Shown here: in pieces, positions 23,910 to 33,635 of the stretch
Layout of the letters: every line of letters begins with the position of its first letter
Numbering within the stretch: the first letter of the stretch is position 1
NCBI GenBank assembly: GCA_049999805.1
Contig: JBNGIO010006246.1
Span: 46,736-82,811 of the forward strand
Source: Folioceros fuciformis
Taxonomy: Eukaryota
Reading direction: 5' to 3'
DNA: 36,076 nt
Program-made: the position numbers and the translations under genes
The notes under the pieces: model-generated
The model's input: the letters and a program-made list of their open reading frames with translations, nothing else
Databases searched by the model: none
What the model was told of the DNA's origin: nothing

Positions 23910-26100
23910 CTAGTTCGCAGCAACAAGGTGACCAGATTCTACAGCTGTGCCAGACTGCTGCAATGCGCTCTCAAAAAACCCTGCCCACTGGCCGGGTGCT
24001 TCTGCCAAGGGGGGTGTGAACAGGGAGATGATGTCCCGCAAGGTAATCACTCCTAAAACTTGTTTCTTGTCGTCCACCAGATAACCTCTTTCACTGCGCG
24101 CAATTATGAGCTTCTCCATGGTGTCCTTCAGGCTGTCCTCAGGCTTGCTTGTCACAGGCTCCGACATCTTCGACATGGCAAGAGATGCCACACTCAGTGT
24201 GGCGACTGCAATGGACGTAGCTAGCTGGTCCTCAACCTCATTGTACGGCTGGGATGGGAGCCCTTCCAACCTGCTTGAGTCTACCTTCAAAAACTCTTCC
24301 ACTGTGATCGACCTGGGAAATTGCTTAAGAAGATGAGAACCAAAATCTCCTAACAGGTCTGTCTGCCTTCTATGTGTGCTTTCTGCGTCCAGTGCACTTA
24401 CCTGCGTTTATTGAAAAGATCCGCCTGGTCCAGTATCAAACTCACGTCTATGCTCCTGACGTTGCCACGAAGCTGGTTGGTTTCACGGTCAATCACAGGC
24501 ACACTGTTGATTCGGTTCTTCCATAGACATTCCAGGGCGGAGGAAAGTTTGTCGTCACCAAAAACGGAGATTATTTTCCCCGCATTTTGATCCGCTTGAA
24601 ACCTACAGAGACACCAACATGATTGGTGATGGTGAGTGCCTGATTTGAGTGCTGCATTTGGTTGCGACAGTTTTCCAAGAGGGGAAAGGAGTAGACCTGT
24701 AAGCACTTAGAGGTTTTTCGGCTATGGCGTCGAACCAGCTCAGCCCTGCCAGTTGCAAAAGCAGTTGCACAGCTGCAGCCTTCATCAAAGTAAACAGCAA
24801 TCCCAATATAATACCAGGAATGGCAGCATTCAAGGTGAGGCAAGCTAACTAATGCTGAGGAAAAATCCCCGATGCAGGTCAGCTGTAAACCGGATCCAAA
24901 CCTTTGCGAATTCCGCACCTGTGTAATGAATGCAGTGACTTTGGGGCTGTCGACGTCCACTAAAGGAACCGCTTTCAACTTGTGCTTCGACAGAAGTAGC
25001 AAAGCATGTAGCAGGCTATCCTCCGGATGAACAGGGAGAAATGCCCCCCATCGAAATGACTTGGCAAGGGTCTCAACCTGTGATACGCTTGTTAAGAACC
25101 ATGTGCTGTTTTTCTGTAGAGTGAGTCGCTTGCCAAGTCTGATTCTTCGATCTTTCAAGTATAGACTTTTAGTAAAAAACTTCAGATGAAGCGCTTAGAA
25201 TTTCACCTTTGCACACCGAACCCTGTCGAGCTGATTGAGGAGACCAAAAAACCCCATCGCTTCGAGGTCCTGTTTTGTTCCCTGCTCCTGCTGCTCTCTC
25301 TTGCTCTTGTCATCTTTCTTGCCCAACCTCCCTCCAAGAGCCTTTAAGATGCCCTTCGTCTGTTGTGAATCCTCCGAACCTCCAGACTCTGCAACCAGGC
25401 TACTCGTGTTGGCTTGAATGGTTTGGTCAGCCAAACGCCTAAGATCCGCGTTATCAGTATCGCGAGCGTATTGATGAGTCTCCTCATCTTTGACTAACAG
25501 CCCTGTCACCTGAGCTTCCGCCTCCTCCACTTCCATCTCCTAAACTCGAATCACACAACGCAAACAAGCTCATGGGTGAGACCAAACCTCCTCTCACATC
25601 ACCAGGCCACAACCAACCTTTCCTTCTGAGATGATATCTACCTGAAGAGCCCAGAGCACCAGGCCGGTGAAGTCCACAAGACCTATATAACGATCTGCCA
25701 AAGGAACAGTTTCCGGCTGCAATGCGTCTCGCACTGGAGCTCCCATCACGTTTTCCTTGTACAGACGGATGATGGCGTCCCCCATAGTGTCATCAGAAGC
25801 CAACTCCACCACTGCGCGACACAAGCTATTGCCTCACTCTACACTCTCACAGAATTGGAACTCGACACAGCACATGGCCATAAACGGACGGACACTACCT
25901 CCTTCATTGCGGATTCCGGGAATGGAAAACAGAGGGATCCGATCGAAGAATAACTTCAAAGCCTCTGTTGGTTGCACCGGGTGATTGCATGTCTCCTCTT
26001 GCTGGTCTGCCTTCTCTAAATTCTCAATAACAATTGACTTCTTCTCCTGCAAGCTCCTCTCCGTGTCAGAAACAATACGTTGCAGAATCCTCGCATCCAT
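23910..26100 (-). CDS. CBS-domain protein, SnRK1/SNF1 regulatory gamma-subunit-like (At1g69800-type), ~516 aa, 7 exons
   Basis: Exons 26100-25899, 25811-25642, 25539-25207, 25077-24919, 24779-24697, 24602-24402, 24312-23910 (1551 nt in frame). Motifs FFDRIPLFSIPGI, GAPVRD..YIGLVDF, LAKSFRWGAFLPV..LLLLSKHKLKAVPLVD, INSVPVID, LGVITLRDII. Confidence 0.9.
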
Positions 26101-26499
26101 GTCTGGTTGCTTCACTCGCAGGCTGTTTCTTGCTCACCTCTTCCACATCTCCAGAACCATTGAATCCCCTTCCCCCATAGTTTAAATACTTGGTCATGAG
26201 CTCCCTCTGCGAGGCGTTGGCGGTGCCAAGTGTCCAACACCTGTCGACACCTGGTTCCCTGTCGACACCAGGCCAGACCCAAAGGAACCCACTCACCGAC
26301 GATTTGTTACGTAGATGTACAGCAGTGTACAGAAAGGTATAATATTAGGTCAGATATCTAATATATATGTATCATCTATTTTGTCTCTGTGGCTTTTACT
26401 CTCTTCCTCTCCTAGCACCACGGCCTGGGCCTAGTTCCTTTTCTTCCCAGGCCACAACACTTGAGGTCCCAAAAGAGGGGGATGGTGCAGCTCCCATCT

Positions 26500-27560
26500 A
26501 GGAGAAGTATGGATTGAACTCCGCAAAACGATTTACAGACACGATTACGGTAGACATCATCAAACCTTCCAAACCTCCAACACTGGCTACAGACGTGGTG
26601 GAGTTTGCCGTCAACACATGGGGATGCCGAAGGAGTATGTGCAGGCAGTACGGCAGTTTCTGGCCCTCACCACACACGAGCAAGTAGAATGAAGTTGCTT
26701 ACCGAGAGCTTTGATTGTGTTGGACGCTCCTGGAGCGCGATTTTTGGTTTGTCCTGGGGATTTGATGGCAGTCACAGTGAGCGATTCTAACAGATTCCGG
26801 CCTGTAGTTGCGAGCAATGCAAAATGGAGTTGAATTTGAGCATGTCGGGTGTCATTTCCCTGATTCTTGCTCCGTAACCAGCAGTGATATTCAGATCTCG
26901 GATAGAACTAAAATGCCTGTGTGGAAAGATGCAGAGGAGGCCAATCTTTCTTCGTGATGCACTACCACGTTGCAGCCCCTTCTTCGCAACCGTACACTGA
27001 AGAAGGTCCTACGCAATGCTTGCTCAGGGGTATGTTCATTGTAGGGTTGAAACATGGTCAAGAACTGAAAATCCGGGCCCTTGCGACGAAATGCACCGGG
27101 TCGCAACACCTGAAATGGATACCTGCGTTTGTGGAGTACACTCATGTAGGTCGTATCCAGATTGGCGATGCTCTGATGGAAACTTTCACACTCCTGGGAA
27201 AACACGATACCATAGCCTCTTCTCCGAGAAAGACATTGTAATTACAGGTGTGCTTCAACACAGGACTCCTAGTTGCTATCGTTTGCCCTTTCCCGTGCGC
27301 AGCGGTATCAACGTGGAGATTAAGGTGATGCCTCCGTTGGTCAAGCTCGTAACGGGTACGACTCTTACTTCGAAATGTTCTGTGTTATGGAGAACGCGTT
27401 TCGTTCAGCAGAGGCCATGGGAAGACCTGATCTAGTATCCATCATTCGAATTCCCAACAGTTTCATGTTCTATGTGAGATCGACTGGATGGCTTCATGAG
27501 GCTGCTCAGATCTTCGTTGATGCCAAGTTGGACAACTTGAAGCAGGCGCGCCTGTTTTAG
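26500..27560 (+). pseudogene. RPB3: RNA polymerase II/IV/V subunit 3 (RPB3-like) pseudogene, copy 1
   Basis: Collinear blocks in shifting frames: PTLATDVVEFAVN, RASRMKL, CEQCKMELNL, SVTSSDIQISD, GMFIVGLKHGQELKIRALATKCTGSQHLKWIPA..IASSPRKTL*, AEAMGRPDLVSI..SFMFYVRSTG. The start is approximate. Confidence 0.8.
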
Positions 27561-28040
27561 TAATCCATCAATCATTCGACTTGAGCTTCATGGACTCCTT
27601 CGCACACCTAGGAGCATTCTGGAAACTTGGGACCTTGGAATCTGGCGCATATGCGTTTGACGAACATTGAACCTAGCCCGGTGGTCACGAGCAGCGCGTG
27701 AACGGTCAAGAGTGTAGCCGTGAAGCGGTTGCCGCCCGATGAGGGTCATGACTCGTCGTAGCTGGTCAAAAGGATGGTGCCTGTTCTCTCCCGGAATTCG
27801 GCAAGGTGCACAAAGATGTCCATTGTGCAAGGACGCAGATGCAAAGTGCCGAGCTGCGAGCCAGTTGTCATCTACTGCACAACAGAGAGCCGTCTAGTGG
27901 CGGTGCTCTTGCTCACGAACGACTTCGTCGCTTTCTCCCATAGGTGCCTCAGACTAGAAGCCTAATCTGAGGACTGACCACACTGCGCCTGTGAGCAAAG
28001 TGGGCGGGCACCATTTGTTTCTCGTACACCTGGACAGGGG

Positions 28041-28542
28041 AGGCAAGAACGTGTCCATGGGGGCCCCGGCGCGCAGTATGAGGATAATGTGGCGAACAGT
28101 GCACTGAGTGGCGCATTACGCATCATCAGGCAATCGTGCGCAGCGGCTAATCCCGTAAAACTTAACCACATAACAAACTGTTACAGTTCAGGCTCAATTA
28201 ACTCTTGTGGCCAAGGCTTCCATGGGCCGTGCTTCTCGTGAAATTGCTTGCTGTGAGATAATGCGGCGAGGATGTCGGCAGGCAGAGCAATGAGTTCGCA
28301 TGGGGAATAGAGATGTCCACCATGTGCAAGCATGTTGACTGCCAGGGTGTGGTGTGAGCGCGCAGGTTTGAACTGTTGCACAGTTCCTGATGAAGGTAGG
28401 GTCCGGCAGCTGCTGATGAAGTATAAATGGACAATGCCTCCAGGGACTGTCATCAGAGTCTTTCATCATCTCATCCGATCCTGCGAATCGGTAGCTGCTG
28501 CCCGCCTACAGTCTGTCCCAGCTGAGTTCAGTCGCCTGCAAC
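28041..28542 (+). promoter_or_regulatory. Promoter/5' region of repeat-protein gene 1 (ABRE-like and TATA elements)
   Basis: ACGTGTC at 28049-28055 and TATAAAT at 28422-28428. The region aligns with 31135-31613. Confidence 0.6.
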
Positions 28543-29122
28543 ATGGGGCTCCGACTGCTGGGTCTGTTGCTGGTGCTGTTTGTTGCTGTTTCGCTTGTTC
28601 AGGAAGCGAGTGCTCGATATGACTTGCCTGAGCAGACGTTTAAGCCGGGGAAGGGACATGCTTATGGATATGGCAAGCACAAGGAGGTGAAGAAGCCCGA
28701 GGAGAAGCCATACAAGAAGCCCGAGGAGAAGCCATANNNNNNNNNNGGAGAAGCCATACAAGAAGCCCGAGGAGAAGCCATACAAGAAGCCCGTGGAGAA
28801 GCCATACAAGAAGCCCGAGTACAAGCCTGCCTCACCCCCTGCTTACACCAAGCCTGAGGAGAAGCCAGGCAAGGGCCATGCCTATGGATACGGCAAGCTG
28901 AAGAAGCACGAGGAGAAGAAGCCCGTGTACAAGCCGAAGCCGGTGGAATACAAGCCTGCCTCACCCCCTGTCTATACCAAGCCCAAGGAGAAGCCAGGCA
29001 AGGGTCATGCCTATGGATATGGCAAGCCGAAGAAGCACGAGGAGAAGAAGCCGGAATACAAGCCTGCCGCCCCCCCTGCCTACACCAAGCCTGAGGGGAA
29101 GGCATCTCCTCCCAAGTACTGA
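28543..29122 (+). CDS. Secreted Lys/Pro/Glu/Tyr-rich repeat protein (PRP/extensin-like cell-wall protein), copy 1
   Basis: Signal peptide MGLRLLGLLLVLFVAVSLVQEASA; KPYKKPEE repeats; three KPGKGHAYGYGK; three YKPA(S/A)PP(A/V)YTKP; ends SPPKY*. The apparent frameshift coincides with a 10-N gap (28737-28746) inside the 24-nt repeat. Confidence 0.88.
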
Positions 29123-29719
29123 GGCCACCACCTGACACCGGGGATAGTGCGCTGAAATCTGCCTAGTACGTCCACAATGGTGAATGGCGCACATGATTTT
29201 TTGCAGCTTGGTGGGAGTAACTTGAAAATCCATCCTTCTCACGTCTCTCGAACTGGGTGTGTGGCAGGATCACCCGGAATTGACAATGGAATTGCTGTGA
29301 CATCTCAAGGACTGTTGTGAAGTGAAATCGTTTCCGGCGAGTTTCCAACACCTGTAGGAATTATTTGCAGCCCTTCTCACCAAAGTGGCTGCGTGCTTTG
29401 AAGAGAGTAGGACACATTTGTTCTGGTTGCCAGATTTCGGGAACCGATCTGCGCCACGGCACATGTTGTAAATAAAGCTTCAAAGAGTGCTACATCAGTT
29501 TCAGTTCTCCTTCTCGTCCCATTTCCTTGCACCAGACTGGTATAGTTCACGAGTTTCGTACTAGTAGTGCGCTTGGTAGGCAATTCAGCCAATGCGTGGC
29601 AATGTAGCTATGGCATACTAAAGAAGACACTCCCTCTCTCTACATGCTTTATTGTTTTCCCACGGGATATCCATCCTCCATTCCCGGGAACTCGACATCC
29701 GGTTTGGGCAGGCGAGCCA

Positions 29720-29832
29720 GAACGTACTCTGAACAACATTCAATGCTGGAGGCAAGAGGAACGTACTATGACCAACATTCAATGCTGGAGGCGAGCGAGA
29801 ACGTACTCTGAAAATAATTCAATGCTAGAGAG
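29720..29832. repeat. ~39-bp tandem repeat, 3 copies
   Basis: GAACGTACT.TGA..AA.ATTCAATGCT.GAG at ~29720, 29759 and 29799. Confidence 0.85.
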
Positions 29833-29895
29833 TTAATGTTTGAGCGCTGGTAACGTAAGTTGGCCACGAGAGGTCCGTGGCGACGAAGTAGCGAG

Positions 29896-30905
29896 ATGGA
29901 CACCAGCATTTTCCCAGTGTGCGTGCCAGCGAAATCGGAGACGATGTTCTCAAAGCACATGATCGGCGGGATGCGGAGATCAGCAGAGATCAAGCTCTCC
30001 GCTGCAAATTATGATACTTAATGTTCCCAACGGATTGGCCATCGATATCGTGGAGCTGATGTGAAACATTACCAGTGATCGCTGTGGAGGTTGTGGCGTA
30101 CAGACTCGATCTTATTGCCCCCACCAGCGATCCAGGAAAGATGACGAACCTGCCTCCAAAGAGATGCGAGGACTGCGCTCTGGGGTTCCATCACGACGTG
30201 AGGGGAGAGCTAAGAATCAGATGAGACGCTGACTCTAACCAACTATGATCATTAGATCTCAGATGAAAATGTTACAATAGTACCGAAATCTCGGTAGCTC
30301 GGGCTAAAACTTCCTTGTTGTGTGGGATACCGTGTTGATTCATAATTGAGATCCTCTGGTACTCTGGAGTGATCAGGGACAGCTCCGAGGTTAGGAAGAG
30401 GTCAAGAGCTGAGACTGTGGGCCATGGTCACGGAAGGCATCGAGGAGGAACACTTGAAGCGGTCTCGATTGCTACATTTCCCCACATTTGAGTCGCCCAG
30501 CCGGATTGTCGCAAACCTCCGGTGGCGACCCCCGTACACAACCAAAAGCAGGACTGGATTGCCTCTAGCGCAACCAAGGTGTTTGCATTTGCCCGATTAT
30601 GAAAAGGTCATCCAGATTTCCTTGACGCTATCTTTGGCAATTCCTTGCGCGCACAGCGATTTGAATATTGTGGAAAGTTGACACTAAGACTAAGCTTGCG
30701 CAGGTCCCGGGCGCACAGGATCCGGAGGCTTACACTAACGGGGCCACGACGAGGAAGGGTTGCATAAACCAGAGGCAATGGGAAACCCTGGTTTCGTGGA
30801 CAGCCTTACCTTCGACATGGAATCGACTGGCCACGGACTGCTCAAACTTGTCCGATGGTCCTGTATGCAGTTCAGATACGAAGGTAGAAGCTGGCTTCCA
30901 TCTAG
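29896..30905 (+). pseudogene. RPB3: RPB3-like pseudogene, copy 2, near full length
   Basis: From ATG 29896: QHFPSVRASEIGDDVLK..QALR, MILNVP..LAIDIVEL, EVVAYRLDLIAPTS, CEDCALGF, DETLTLTNYD, RLGRGQELRLWAMVTEGIEEEHLK, DPEAYT, DEE..KPEAMGNPG..SLTFDMESTG, VLYAVQIRR*KLASI*. Many frameshifts and stops. Confidence 0.82.
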
Positions 30906-30941
30906 ATGCTCTGCACCGAAAAGACATCCACTCGCCGAGCC

Positions 30942-31128
30942 ACCTGGATGTGCAGCTGGTTAAAGACCAGAAGTCTACGTGCAGAGCTCCATTGATAGGA
31001 CCAACCTTCTGGCCCACGTTGATTGACGAGGACCTGGATGTGCAGCTGATTAAAAACCACAAGTCTACATGCAAAGCTTCATTGACAGGACCAGCCTTCT
31101 GGCCCACCTTGATTGCCGAGAACCTGGA
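30942..31128. repeat. 90-bp tandem duplication
   Basis: ACCTGGATGTGCAGCTG at 30942 and 31032; a third ACCTGGA at 31122. Confidence 0.88.
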
Positions 31129-31134
31129 CAAGGC

Positions 31135-31613
31135 AGGCAGTAACGTGTCCGGGGGGACTGGCGCGCAGTCAATCGAGAATGTGATAAATAGGAGACTGAG
31201 TGCCGCATTATCAGGCAATCGTGCAACGAACTCGGAAAAGCTTGACCGCATGGGGAACTGTTCCATTTAAAGCTTGACTCTCTTGGCCGAACATTTAAGT
31301 GCTTCTAGTAAAATTGCTCGGCGAGGACATCGGAAGGCAGAGTAATGGAGCCCCGTTTTCGAGATCTGGGATTTGTGGAAATAGTCCACGCGGAGAGGGG
31401 ATTCTGACAATGTTCATGAATATTGACTGGCAGGGCCCGGTGCGTGAGACGGTGAGAGTGCAGCTGGTTTGAACTGATGCACAGTTCTTGGATCAAGTCA
31501 TGGCCGGGAGGTGCTGGTGCAGTATAAATGGGTAGTGGCCGCTAAGATTCGAAACCATCGTCTCTTATCGTCGACTCTGGAAGAGTCCCTTTGTCCATTA
31601 CTTAGCCTGCGAC
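31135..31613 (+). promoter_or_regulatory. Promoter/5' region of repeat-protein gene 2
   Basis: ACGTGTC at 31143-31149 and TATAAAT at 31523-31529. Homologous to 28041-28542. Confidence 0.6.
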
Positions 31614-32133
31614 ATGGGGATCCGACTGCTGGGTCTGTTTCTGGTGTTGTTCTTTGCGGTTTCGTTTGTTCAGGAAGCGAGTGCACGATATGACATCCCT
31701 GGAGACAAACTCAAGAAGGGACATGCCTATGCTTACGGCAAGCAAAACAAGGTGAAGAAGCCGCACTACAAGAAGCCCGAGGAGCATCCGTACAAGAAGC
31801 CCGAGGAGCATCCGTACAAGAAGCCCGAGGAGAAGCCATACAAGAAGCCCGAGGAGAAGCCNNNNNNNNNNCGAGGAGAAGCCATACAAGAAGCCCGAGG
31901 AGAAGCCATACAAGAAGCCCGAGGAGAAGCCTTACAAGAAGCCCGAGGAGAAGCCTTACAAGAAGCCCGAGGAGAAGCCTTACAAGAAGCCAGAGGAGAA
32001 GCCCTACAAGAAGCCCGAGGAGAAGCCGGGGAAGGGCCATGCCTACGGATATGGTAAGCCGAAGAAGCACGAGAAGAAGCCTGATTACAAATCAAAGACA
32101 CACGACAAGCCTGTTTCTCCTCCCAAATACTGA
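31614..32133 (+). CDS. Secreted Lys/Pro/Glu/Tyr-rich repeat protein, copy 2
   Basis: Signal peptide MGIRLLGLFLVLFFAVSFVQEASA; about ten visible (K/H)PYKKPEE repeats; KGHAYAYGK and KPGKGHAYGYGK; ends SPPKY*. A 10-N gap (31862-31871) lies within the repeat. Confidence 0.88.
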
Positions 32134-32960
32134 GCCCATCAATGGGGACAACGCACTGGCATCTGCCCAGAACCAGGTACTTGACAATCGTGAACAGCAC
32201 GCATTGCTCATGCAGCGTCTGAAGAAAAGGCCTCATCATCCTTTTCCTCATCACTGGAGCGTTTGGTGGCAGATCGCCTGGAAACCATGAAAGCTCCGAG
32301 ACCTCGACGACTTTGTCAATTGACAACGTTTTTTACCAGATTTTAACTACCGTAGGAGAACTGTTAGCAGCCTTCCTGTCTTCGTGGCTGTGTGCATTGA
32401 AGCGCTTGAACAGCAGGATACATCTGTCTCAGTTGAGCAGAATCGGGAACCGGTATAAGCATGCACTGAACAAATCTTGAAATACATAACTTCCTGCTTT
32501 CCAAGTCCCTGCAGATTGAACATCCCTTCGTAAGCACGTGGGATCCACTAGTGAATCCATACTTCACTATGTCCATCTGAAGCTAGAGCGTGCTCGATGC
32601 GTGTGGCTGAAACCCCTTCCGGCATGCATCACGTCTCTCCAAGTCTGCCCACCATCTCGTCCCTCATTAGCATTAGAGGTGCTAATAGTATTAGCATTCA
32701 CATCCGTATTAGTATCGATATCATTAGCAACGTGAAAACCAGTAGTCAAGCCCCAATAAGATAATAGTTCACTTGCGCAATATATCTAAAACTCGAGGGG
32801 CCAGGAAGTTTTCCTAAAGCCATGCCTACGTATAAATACATGGTGCAGCCGCATCTCGCTACAACAAAATCTGACTGACGCCTCCGGCTATAAGTGCTCT
32901 CTAGGTCACTCCATATTTTTCCTACTTGTTTCAAAGATCATAAGCTTTGTTCTAGGCACA

Positions 32961-33569
32961 ATGCAGGGCTTGCTTAATCTCAAGTTAAAAGACATGGCTG
33001 GTGTAGGCGTGGGAGACAAGATTATTCTAAGTGGTCGACCATGTATCATACAAGAGAACACAAAGATTGGGAAGTTTTATTTTTTGAGGGGACAAGACAT
33101 CCTCTTGCATCAGGAAGTTCGAGATTACATCTTATGCTCCAAGCAAAGTCCATGTCAGGCAGTTGAGATTGTCTACACAAAGTACTCAGTCATGTCCACT
33201 AGCAAAGCAGCTAAGGGACGGAGATGCGTGACCTTGAGACAGATTGAAACGAAGCATCATGAAAACGTTGTGTTGCAACTTCCTCTTGATCCAGAGCTTG
33301 ATATGCTTGTAGAAGACGGGCTAGCAAAAGGAAAGCATTTGGTGATGACGCTCATGTTTGTCTTGGCAGGAGGAGCTAAAGTTTCCAAAGAGTTTCGTTT
33401 TGAAAATCTATGTGAGATTATCTCGATGGAAATATTGTGGCAGAGCAATTGTGCAGATGTGTCACATGCACAAGATGCTAGGAAAAACGATTGGTGGTCA
33501 TTTGGAAAATTAGATGAGAGTGGTCCAAAGCCAGGTGAAGACCTCTGGGAATACTATCACCGTGCTTAG
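32961..33569 (+). CDS. Highly diverged eIF5A-like protein (202 aa, intronless) with a shortened hypusine loop and a C-terminal extension
   Basis: IILSGRPCII ~ IVIKNRPCKV; GQDILLHQEVRD ~ AIDIFTSKKLED; YSVMSTS ~ YQLIDIS; LQLPLDPELDMLVEDGLAKGKHLVMTLM ~ LKLPNDDTLLQQIKSGFDDGKDLVVSVM. The ORF is uninterrupted; expression is unknown. Confidence 0.7.
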   Translation: MQGLLNLKLKDMAGVGVGDKIILSGRPCIIQENTKIGKFYFLRGQDILLHQEVRDYILCSKQSPCQAVEIVYTKYSVMSTSKAAKGRRCVTLRQIETKHHENVVLQLPLDPELDMLVEDGLAKGKHLVMTLMFVLAGGAKVSKEFRFENLCEIISMEILWQSNCADVSHAQDARKNDWWSFGKLDESGPKPGEDLWEYYHRA

Positions 33570-33635
33570 TATGGTTTTGGCTATTGGAAGCCCAGACTTT
33601 GTTATGGTTTTGGCTATTGGAAGCCCAGACTTTGT
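33570..33635. repeat. Perfect 33-bp tandem duplication directly after the eIF5A-like stop codon
   Basis: TATGGTTTTGGCTATTGGAAGCCCAGACTTTGT at 33570 and 33603. Confidence 0.95.

Noticed and set aside
30668-31270. 200-aa (+) and 178-aa (-) ORFs
   Set aside because: Composite of the RPB3 pseudogene tail, a 90-bp duplication and promoter sequence.
28737-31871. Frameshifts suggesting the KPYKKPEE genes are pseudogenes (EARGEAIQ translations)
   Set aside because: Both shifts coincide with placeholder 10-N gaps inside the 24-nt repeat.
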